IMG/VR virus record: IMGVR_UViG_3300037483_001810
Coordinates: 1 to 32,403 of that record
Length of the DNA: 32,403 nt
Source: a virus
Lineage: Duplodnaviria > Caudoviricetes
Strand: one strand, 5' to 3'
Position 1 is the stretch's first letter. Each line of letters starts with the position of its first letter. Below are positions 26,181-32,403 of this stretch, in pieces. Made by a program: the position numbers and the translations under genes. The notes beneath the pieces are model-generated. The model made no database searches. It was not told the origin of the DNA and saw only the letters and a list, made by a program, of their open reading frames with translations.

Positions 26181-26335
26181 TATGAAACCTCCGTATCAAG
26201 GCGAAGCCAGGCGGTCAACGACAACCAGGCCGGAACAACAAACAACAGAACCGCCGCCAAGTCACCAAACCAGGCGGCCGTGATCAGGAACCCGAACGAC
26301 AAACCAGTCGTAGCGTTGAGGAAACGAGACCACAT
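26180..26335 (-). CDS. Small membrane protein (51 aa)
   Basis: Below the track cutoff: MWSRFLNATTGLSFGFLITAAWFGDLAAVLLFVVPAWLSLTAWLRLDTEVS, coupled at both ends. Confidence 0.7.
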   Translation of the reverse strand: MWSRFLNATTGLSFGFLITAAWFGDLAAVLLFVVPAWLSLTAWLRLDTEVS

Positions 26336-26637
26336 CAGCCGGCACTCCCCTCAACAAGTGACAAAGACGCGGCCGGGCGGCCGGCATCGATCAGACGGGC
26401 AACCTCCGACGGGGAGACCCGCCACTGGCCACGTATCTTCGAACCCAGCAACTCCCCCGACTGGACCATCGACAGAGCCGTGTTGTGATGTACGTTCAAC
26501 GTGTCACACACCTGCGCCAACGTCAGCAGCCGAGACGACTCGGCACCGGCCTCGAGCACATCAGCCTGTGACCGCAACACCTGCGCCTGGGCTTCCAACG
26601 CGGACGCTTGGGTACGAAGGAGTTCAACAGTCGTCAC
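26335..26637 (-). CDS. Excisionase-like HTH_17 DNA-binding protein with an N-terminal coiled coil
   Basis: LLTLAQVCDTLNVHHNTALSMVQSGELLGSKIRGQWRVSPSEV. Confidence 0.85.
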   Translation of the reverse strand: MTTVELLRTQASALEAQAQVLRSQADVLEAGAESSRLLTLAQVCDTLNVHHNTALSMVQSGELLGSKIRGQWRVSPSEVARLIDAGRPAASLSLVEGSAG

Positions 26638-26846
26638 AAGGCCACCTCTGGAGTTGATCCGACAGCCCTCGCCAGCCACTCATCAACAGCCTCGCTTGTG
26701 TATCCGAAGAAACGTCCGGTGTCAGGATTCGTTGCCCAATGCGGACCGCGCCCCTGGGAACGCCAGTTCCGCAGGGTTCCTGGGGAGATTCCGAGCTTCG
26801 AGGCGGCTTCGTCCTCGGACAGGAACGGCTTGTCGGTATCGTGCAT
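26634..26846 (-). CDS. Cro/Xis-like (AlpA/HTH_17-type) regulator
   Basis: FLSEDEAASKLGISPGTLRNWRSQGRGP...YTSEAVDEWL; divergent from the repressor. Confidence 0.88.
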   Translation of the reverse strand: MHDTDKPFLSEDEAASKLGISPGTLRNWRSQGRGPHWATNPDTGRFFGYTSEAVDEWLARAVGSTPEVAL

Positions 26847-26853
26847 AGGCATG

Positions 26854-26882
26854 AACTTACACGCCTGGTCATGCTAGGTCAA
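26854..26882 (-). promoter_or_regulatory. Early lytic promoter (probably leaderless transcript)
   Basis: TTGACC-N17-TAAGTT, then 7 nt to the ATG at 26846. Confidence 0.7.
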
Positions 26883-26984
26883 GCATTGTAAACTACATGA
26901 CTACTTGCATCGTTGTAGTTTGCTAGCAACAGCAAGCAAATACCGGGAGTGACTAGTCAAAAAGGTGAACTACATGTGGCACGC
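26883..26984. promoter_or_regulatory. Candidate operator region
   Basis: AACTACA at 26891 and 26968 and inverted at 26914; palindromes TTGCTAGCAA (26920) and TGACTAGTCA (26950). Confidence 0.5.
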
Positions 26985-27013
26985 TTGCATTGGGCCGCCA
27001 AACCCGTCACCAT
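26985..27013 (+). promoter_or_regulatory. Repressor promoter
   Basis: TTGCAT-N17-CACCAT, 10 nt before the ATG; no Shine-Dalgarno. Confidence 0.5.
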
Positions 27014-27023
27014 GCATCACTAG

Positions 27024-27467
27024 ATGTCACAGTCGTGGACCGAAGCAGCGGCACTATTGAGGCGATGGCGCACACGGAGCGGGCTCACGCAGCCAGCGCT
27101 GGCGGAGCGGCTAGGTGTCTCGGTATCGACAATCGCCCGCATAAGCAGAGCGACTGATGACGATCACCCCAACACAAGACCTGACGTTCTTTTCGGTCTT
27201 GCCAAGTTGATGGACCGAAGCGGCGCAGCCTTCTTGACACACCTCGGGTATGAGGATTTGGCGGCAGACCTGCGTGATGAACTTGGACCGCAGCACATCC
27301 AAGTCGGCACCGTTTCGGAGAGAGAGACCGCTCACAACGTGGACGTAACCGACGACACTGGCCTGTCCGACCAAGTGCGGCATTCACTGTCATACGGTGG
27401 TGCCGAACTCTCCCCCGAAGAGGAAGCCCGAGTACTCGCCTACATCGAGGGAATGCGCTCCCGATGA
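27024..27467 (+). CDS. XRE-family immunity repressor
   Basis: LRRWRTRSGLTQPALAERLGVSVSTIARI HTH; C-terminal ELSPEEEARVLAYIEGMR typical of ImmR-like repressors. Confidence 0.9.
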   Translation: MSQSWTEAAALLRRWRTRSGLTQPALAERLGVSVSTIARISRATDDDHPNTRPDVLFGLAKLMDRSGAAFLTHLGYEDLAADLRDELGPQHIQVGTVSERETAHNVDVTDDTGLSDQVRHSLSYGGAELSPEEEARVLAYIEGMRSR

Positions 27468-27696
27468 CTCGGCAACGATCGCGCACAAGAGATGACCCCC
27501 CAGCCGGGAGTTCGTCAAATCGACGGATGAAACCGCCGACGAAGTACGCACACGGAGATTCCAGCGTGTCTGAAAAGGGTGGACACGGATGCCAAGTTCC
27601 GATAGAATTCGCGGTGCAAGAGCGGCTAACACCCGTTGAGGGTCAGGGACCGGTGAGGTCTGAGAGCCGCTCTTTGCGCGTCCATGGCAATCCGCG

Positions 27697-28620
27697 ATGA
27701 CTTCCCGCCGCACAGAGGTTGTCGCTGCCGCTCCAAGATCAGTTCTACGAGCCGCAGTGTTCGTGGACTTCTGGAACCTCATCGAGAACCTTCGACGATC
27801 CCTCGGTGATCGGTCTACCGAATTCGATTGGGACGAGCTACCGGTCGCCTTGCTCGAAGTGGGAAGCAAGATTCTCAGCACTCGCCAAGTAGGAGTGTCC
27901 CTCGACCTTCACGGCGTCTACGTGTACGGCGCACCCAGATCGTCGGGCCCCTTCACCACAAACTGGTTCCGCAACAACCTCAAGACGAAGCCGGGATTCC
28001 TGGTGACCGTGCTTGACCGCAAGCCAGACCCACACAAATGTCGGAAATGCAGAACCAGAAACGTGGTTAACCGAGAGAAGGGTGCCGACGCCTCGCTGAT
28101 CTCAGACCTGATGTGGCTCGCCTGGCAAGACCGATACGACGTTGCATTTCTGATATCAGCCGACTCGGACATGATCCCAACTATTGAGCGGGTACAGATC
28201 TCGGGCAGAAGAGTCATTGCCGTGACCCCCGAAGCGAACCGAGAGCTCACCTCAGCCTGCTTCGCTCGGATAGCCATCGAGGACATGTTCATGGGCTCGT
28301 TTCACCGCTTCTTCCCCGGACTTGATGAAGGACCGGGCTACTCGAGAATGGAGGATCACCGCAGTCGGCTTCTGAGAGGAGAAAAGCGATACGACATAGA
28401 GGTCGAGTGGGCGCGAAATGACCCCACCTCCATCGATGGAATGATCAGTTGGCATCTCAGCCAGCTATTAGGAGAACCGGACCGTCAGGCTGAACTTGCG
28501 GCAGAGCTCGGATTCGAGCGTGTCCAAGGGAACCGGTTTATTCGTATTGCGGAGACCGAGGGACCTTCAGTCGACGATCTCGTTCGATTACAGCGCCAGA
28601 CCGGGCGACGGCCAGAATGA
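27697..28620 (+). CDS. NYN (LabA/DUF88, PIN-like) domain nuclease with a C-terminal extension
   Basis: VFVDFWN, REKGADASL, YDVAFLISADSDMIP and GRRV motifs; CRKC insert. Confidence 0.9.
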   Translation: MTSRRTEVVAAAPRSVLRAAVFVDFWNLIENLRRSLGDRSTEFDWDELPVALLEVGSKILSTRQVGVSLDLHGVYVYGAPRSSGPFTTNWFRNNLKTKPGFLVTVLDRKPDPHKCRKCRTRNVVNREKGADASLISDLMWLAWQDRYDVAFLISADSDMIPTIERVQISGRRVIAVTPEANRELTSACFARIAIEDMFMGSFHRFFPGLDEGPGYSRMEDHRSRLLRGEKRYDIEVEWARNDPTSIDGMISWHLSQLLGEPDRQAELAAELGFERVQGNRFIRIAETEGPSVDDLVRLQRQTGRRPE

Positions 28621-28684
28621 CTTCTTTTCGCGGTCTGCCCAGATCCGGCGGATTGTGTCCCGCCTGGTACGTAAGTTGCCACAC

Positions 28685-29116
28685 ATGGGGAAGTGGAATC
28701 CATGGACACACGCCAACGATCAGCATCCGAACGTCGACGTCTACACCACACCCTGCTCCGTCCCGGGCCTCTACTTCCCCGACGAACACGCCATCATCAT
28801 CGCGGAGGGGCAGAGCCGGATCATGCGTCGATCCGTGCTCGCCGAAGAGCTCGCCCACCTCGAGCTTGGTCACCGACCCCACTCCAACCGCATCGAAACG
28901 GAACGGATGGAACTACGGGCACGCAGGTGGGCCGCCCTACGTCTCATCACCCTCGACGAGCTCGCCGACGCCATCGTCGGGACCGCATCCTGGTTTGAAG
29001 TTGCCGAGTATCTGGATGTTGACGAATCGTTGTTGAGGCAACGGTTGGGAGACCTGACCGTATCCGAAAGGGGAACGTTGTGGAAGAAGATCGGACGGAA
29101 AGAGCTGGGACTGTGA
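28685..29116 (+). CDS. ImmA/IrrE-family metallopeptidase (anti-repressor)
   Basis: RRSVLAEELAHLELGH...ELRARRWAALRLI...VAEYLDVDESLLRQRL; TAAGTT -10 element 7 nt before the ATG. Confidence 0.85.
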   Translation: MGKWNPWTHANDQHPNVDVYTTPCSVPGLYFPDEHAIIIAEGQSRIMRRSVLAEELAHLELGHRPHSNRIETERMELRARRWAALRLITLDELADAIVGTASWFEVAEYLDVDESLLRQRLGDLTVSERGTLWKKIGRKELGL

Positions 29117-29475
29117 TCCCACAGCAACAGAAGATCGTTGTCGGAACCGGAGCTGTCCTCATGGTTTTAGGGAGTTTCATGCCGTGGGCGACAGCAGGGA
29201 TTTTCAGTGTTGCCGGGACGGACGGTGACGGAGTGATCACTCTCGTTCTTGGCGTTCTGATCGGAGCTTCGATGCTTCAGAAGGTGGCCAACTTGCGGGT
29301 GGTAGGGATGGCTGTTGTTCTGGTGAGTGCGGTCTGTGGTTTGATTGTGATCTCTGACGGCATGGACCTTGGAGATGCTGCAGGAATGGGGATATTCGTA
29401 GTTGGGGTGGGGGCGATTGTCGCAGCGTTCGGTGGCATTCAGATAGTCAAAGAGTCGATAGTCAAACGTCCATGA
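29113..29475 (+). CDS. Four-helix membrane protein (possible superinfection exclusion)
   Basis: LGSFMPWAT...GTDGDGVITLVLG with four hydrophobic segments; located in the lysogeny operon. Confidence 0.75.
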   Translation: MIPQQQKIVVGTGAVLMVLGSFMPWATAGIFSVAGTDGDGVITLVLGVLIGASMLQKVANLRVVGMAVVLVSAVCGLIVISDGMDLGDAAGMGIFVVGVGAIVAAFGGIQIVKESIVKRP

Positions 29476-30626
29476 GCGGCTACATTCGCCCGGTCGGGTC
29501 GGACCGTTGGCAGGTGATGTTTGATGTGTCCCCGGATCCGGTCACAGGCCGGCGGCGGCGCCGGTCGCGGACCATCAGTGGTACCCGTGACGACGCGGTC
29601 GCAGAGCTTGCCCGCATCCAACAAGAACTCTCCGACGGGCTGTGGATCGACGACGGGACCATGCGCCTCACCGACTTCACCGAACTCTTCATCGACGCCC
29701 GCCGGCGTCGGTGGCGGCCAACCACCGAATCCTGGTATCGGCAGAAACTCGCCTACGCCACCAAAGTGATGGGACATCGGAAACTGTCCCAAATCACCGG
29801 CGGATCGTTAACCGTCTTCTACGGACGGCTCCTCGACCGGGGTCTCTCCCCCACCACCGTGCAACACGTCCACAGGGCACTACGGGCAATGTTCCGCGCT
29901 GCAGTGAAATGGGGATACCTCAAAACTGACCCGTCCGAACGGGCCGAACCCCCAACAACCCAAAGACCAAGAATGCAAACCTGGACTGCCGGGCAGCTCG
30001 CCCTGTTCCTCGAGGAGGTTTCCGGGCATCGTTTCGGTATCGCCTACCTGATCGCTGCGATGACCGGGATGCGACGCGGAGAGGTAGCCGGCCTGCGCTG
30101 GACGGACATCGCCGACGACTACACGACGATGACGATCACCCAAACCATCACCGTCGTCAACGGCCGCACCCACGTCGGACCACCCAAGACTGGGGCGGGG
30201 ATCCGGCGGATCGCTTTGGACGAAACCACCGGACGTCTACTGCGAGCTCACCGCGTCACGCAACGGGAAACCTGGCTAGCCATGGACGGAAACTTTGAAG
30301 ACCTCGACCATGTCGTCGCCTGGCCTGACGGGAGACCAGTCCACCCCGACCTCATCTCCAAAGCCTTCCGGAAACTCGTCGACACACTCGAACTACCAGC
30401 CATCCGACTCCATGACCTCAGACACACCTACGCCACACTGGCGATGGAATTGGGCGTCAACGTCGTTGTCATATCCGAACGACTCGGACACGCATCACCA
30501 GCAATCACCACCAACCTCTACACCCACGTCCGAGACCACATGGACCGAGACGCCGCAGAGGCCATCGCGGATGCGGTACGTCGGCCGCGAGAACAGCCAG
30601 AAGGTCGGCTGCTACACGGCGACTAG
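29472..30626 (+). CDS. int: Prophage integrase (tyrosine recombinase with arm-binding domain)
   Basis: N-terminal arm-binding beta domain (GYIRPVGSDRWQV...DPVTGRRRRRSRT), TGMRRGEVAGLRW, PPKT, RLHDLRHTYAT, RLGH and TNLYTH motifs. Confidence 0.97.
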   Translation: MSGYIRPVGSDRWQVMFDVSPDPVTGRRRRRSRTISGTRDDAVAELARIQQELSDGLWIDDGTMRLTDFTELFIDARRRRWRPTTESWYRQKLAYATKVMGHRKLSQITGGSLTVFYGRLLDRGLSPTTVQHVHRALRAMFRAAVKWGYLKTDPSERAEPPTTQRPRMQTWTAGQLALFLEEVSGHRFGIAYLIAAMTGMRRGEVAGLRWTDIADDYTTMTITQTITVVNGRTHVGPPKTGAGIRRIALDETTGRLLRAHRVTQRETWLAMDGNFEDLDHVVAWPDGRPVHPDLISKAFRKLVDTLELPAIRLHDLRHTYATLAMELGVNVVVISERLGHASPAITTNLYTHVRDHMDRDAAEAIADAVRRPREQPEGRLLHGD

Positions 30627-30986
30627 ATCAGTGTGGCGGAGGGTTGTCGGTTCCGCCTTGGTCCACTCACCGTGGGGGCCTTCGTGATCGAAGCCAGGGA
30701 AGGCGTCATCAAGGGTGGGCCAGTCAGGAGTGCAACCACCCGCAGCATGGATGGCACTGCGGATTGCACCGAGTCCCACCTCGAGGGCGGCACCCTCGGT
30801 GTCACCACCGGCTACCAGTTCGATTGTCACTAACCCAGTCTTCAGGTCGGCGGAAATGGTTTCGTCGTGGACATCGAGATGACCAAGATGGTCGAGTACT
30901 TCGTACACGTGCTCCTCGAGTGACCGCTCATCGAGTTCGTTTTGTCCGACCACGGTGAATGGTACTTCGATGTGTAGCCAGATCAC
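30612..30986 (-). CDS. Acidic partner protein, putative HicB-like antitoxin
   Basis: Coupled (GTGA) to the HicA-like gene; acidic; VTIELVAGGDTEGAALEVGLGAIRSAI resembles the HicB N-terminal fold. Confidence 0.55.
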   Translation of the reverse strand: MIWLHIEVPFTVVGQNELDERSLEEHVYEVLDHLGHLDVHDETISADLKTGLVTIELVAGGDTEGAALEVGLGAIRSAIHAAGGCTPDWPTLDDAFPGFDHEGPHGEWTKAEPTTLRHTDLVAV

Positions 30987-31201
30987 GCGCCCTCCTCCTT
31001 GCATGCCCGGTCAGCCCAGGATATCAAGTTCTTGACGTAGTTGGGATCCGATGGACTCATGTGAACCGATCTTATGTGTGCCCCACAGGGACAGTATCCG
31101 CGGAAGTACTTGGCTCCTTTGCGCCGCTCGAATCGCCATCCGGATCCCTCAAGGTTCCGCATTGCGTCTTCTATGTCCTTTTTCGGATGTTTGGGGCGCA
31201 C
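30983..31201 (-). CDS. HicA-like small basic protein (putative toxin)
   Basis: KDIEDAMRNLEGSGWRFERRKGAKYFRGYCPCGAHIRSVHMSPSD: a HicA-like alpha-beta-beta-beta-alpha pattern. Confidence 0.6.
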   Translation of the reverse strand: MRPKHPKKDIEDAMRNLEGSGWRFERRKGAKYFRGYCPCGAHIRSVHMSPSDPNYVKNLISWADRACKEEGA

Positions 31202-31350
31202 TACTTGAGTGACATTATCAGCCCGGCCGCGCGACGGGTCCGCGACGTTCCCAGCGCCGATGGGGTCATGTGGCACCTGGTTGACAGGTGGGGACCGCGC
31301 GAAACCCCTGGTAGGAGTCATGTGGGCCGATACGGGTACCTGATCGTAAG

Positions 31351-31394
31351 CCTTTTAATCCGAAGGTCGCGGGTTCGATCCCCGCCGGGCCCAC
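31351..31394 (+). other. att core: 3' part of tRNA-Lys(UUU)
   Basis: CTTTTAA anticodon loop, TCCG, AAGGTC, T-arm GCGGG-TTCGATC-CCCGC and acceptor strand CGGGCCC-A. The upstream sequence cannot form the D-arm or anticodon stem. Confidence 0.9.
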
Positions 31395-31456
31395 TGAGCG
31401 AAGTGCCTGGTCAGCGTAGGTTTTTCGACCTCTCGTGAGACAGCTCCACAACCTCC

Positions 31457-31484
31457 GGTCCGCCCTGGTCCGCGTATGGTCCGC
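31457..31484 (+). repeat. Three phased GGTCCGC direct repeats (arm-type site-like)
   Basis: GGTCCGC at 31457, 31467 and 31478. Confidence 0.7.
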
Positions 31485-31494
31485 CAGAGTGGAC

Positions 31495-31731
31495 TCACGA
31501 GCTGTGACTCTCAACCAGATGGAAATTGTCCACCAACCATTCGGCCGCCGGGGTAAGCAGAGCCTCCTCCCGAATTACCTTCGACAACTCCTGACAGGAG
31601 GAGAGAAGGACCTCACCGTTATCCGCCAGACGCCGGGAGATGAGTCACAATCGTCCGTCCCGCCCAGTCAGTTCCTGGGCCTGGCGGGCTGTCACCGACA
31701 GAAGGCCCAACGGATGGCGGAGGGCGGCCAT
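31495..31731 (-). pseudogene. N-terminal relic of cyclic beta-1,2-glucan synthase (NdvB/Cgs family)
   Basis: Reads ...RRLADNGEVLLSSCQELSKVIREEALLTPAAEWLVDNFHLVESH, containing the conserved TPAAEWLxDNF motif. In-frame stop at 31645-31647 and truncation at 31495. Confidence 0.75.
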
Positions 31732-31894
31732 CTATTTGTGAAGGCCGGCTAGTGACCGCTTGAGGGGGTCCGACTGCTGGGCGTGCCAGCCGACCGCGGC
31801 GAGCAAGGCTCGACGAAACGGCCACTGGCGGCCACAACCCACAACAAGCAGGGTGGACGGTTGGCTCTCCGCCGCCCACCGTGGGGCGGCCCGG

Positions 31895-32059
31895 CTACTT
31901 GTCGAGGAGGAGCAGGGCGCCAGTTGCCAGAGCGACGACGGCGAGGATCTTGTCGGCACCGTCAAAGGTGAACACGCCGAGAAGCACCAGGGCCCAGAAG
32001 ACCAGAACGATCGCCAGGGCCTGTTGCCAGAACTTTGGTTTTCCCAGCTTGAGCTTCAT
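31895..32059 (-). CDS. Small membrane protein (54 aa)
   Basis: GGAG RBS; MKLKLGKPKFWQQALAIVLVFWALVLLGVFTFDGADKILAVVALATGALLLLDK. Confidence 0.7.
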   Translation of the reverse strand: MKLKLGKPKFWQQALAIVLVFWALVLLGVFTFDGADKILAVVALATGALLLLDK

Positions 32060-32078
32060 GAGAGTCTCCAATGGTGCA

Positions 32079-32249
32079 TCAGCCGAACGCGCCGAAGATG
32101 CTGAGCCCTCCCAGGAGGAACCCGATGACGAGAAGGACCGCACCGAGAAGTATCCTGCGCCGGAACAAGTACATCGCCCCGACGATCAGGCAAACCACGC
32201 CGATGGCAACGCTGACCGTCACCGTGGTCGCTGCGACAATCAACGACAT
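32079..32249 (-). CDS. Small membrane protein (56 aa)
   Basis: MSLIVAATTVTVSVAIGVVCLIVGAMYLFRRRILLGAVLLVIGFLLGGLSIFGAFG; GAGG RBS. Confidence 0.6.
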   Translation of the reverse strand: MSLIVAATTVTVSVAIGVVCLIVGAMYLFRRRILLGAVLLVIGFLLGGLSIFGAFG

Positions 32250-32285
32250 CACTGCCTCGCTCGGATGGTGCGAGTTCGTTGTGAT

Positions 32286-32372
32286 CTACCCACGGCGCCG
32301 CCTCCAGCCGAAGCCGCCACCGAACACCACGACCAGCACGACAATAAGGATGATCCATCCAGTGGTGCTCAT
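32286..32372 (-). CDS. Tiny membrane peptide (28 aa)
   Basis: AGGAAGG RBS; MSTTGWIILIVVLVVVFGGGFGWRRRRG. Confidence 0.6.
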   Translation of the reverse strand: MSTTGWIILIVVLVVVFGGGFGWRRRRG

Positions 32373-32403
32373 CTTTCCTTCCTACCTTTCTGAGATCGAG
32401 TGA

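Larger units (their letters stand above)
1..31394. mobile_element. Integrated prophage (siphovirus-like, HK97-type head), left end outside the window
   Basis: Ordered tail, head, packaging, replication, immunity and integrase modules ending at a tRNA 3' fragment (att core). Confidence 0.96.

Noticed and set aside
27464-27700. 78-aa ORF between the repressor and the NYN gene
   Set aside because: ATGA overlaps at both ends are suggestive, but the sequence has no recognisable features, so it was left uncalled.
1-31394. Prophage defective because lysis genes are missing
   Set aside because: The window cuts the element inside the tail genes, and lysis genes would be expected further left.
31321-31397. 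Complete tRNA-Lys gene
   Set aside because: The 5' side (GGGCCGATACGGGTACCTGATCGTAAGC) cannot form a D-arm or pair with the anticodon stem; only the 3' part is tRNA-like.

Overview
Almost the whole window (1 to ~31394) is a temperate, HK97-fold, siphovirus-like prophage in high-GC DNA; the gene styles and promoters suggest an actinobacterial host (inference). Its left part (remaining tail genes, lysis genes, other att end) lies outside the window. On the minus strand, from left to right, lie minor tail genes, tape measure, tail tube, head-tail genes, an inserted putative fibre module (985-aa Asp-box and 22-aa-repeat protein, SAM methyltransferase, 145-aa and 105-aa proteins), capsid, protease, portal, terminases and HNH. 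Next come a late promoter and terminator, a second tyrosine recombinase heading an array of small genes joined by a conserved ~20-bp junction motif, replication and ParB genes, and two Xis/Cro-like HTH genes. On the plus strand lie an XRE repressor, a NYN/PIN-like nuclease, an ImmA-like peptidase, a membrane protein and the integrase. A HicA-like gene pair and a 3' fragment of tRNA-Lys(UUU), the att core, close the prophage. Beyond att are arm-like repeats, a relic of a cyclic beta-1,2-glucan synthase gene and three tiny membrane ORFs. The most notable observations are the recombinase-linked, motif-punctuated cassette array and the repeat-scaffold fibre module with its own methyltransferase. 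All family calls come from motif recognition by eye; no database searches were run.
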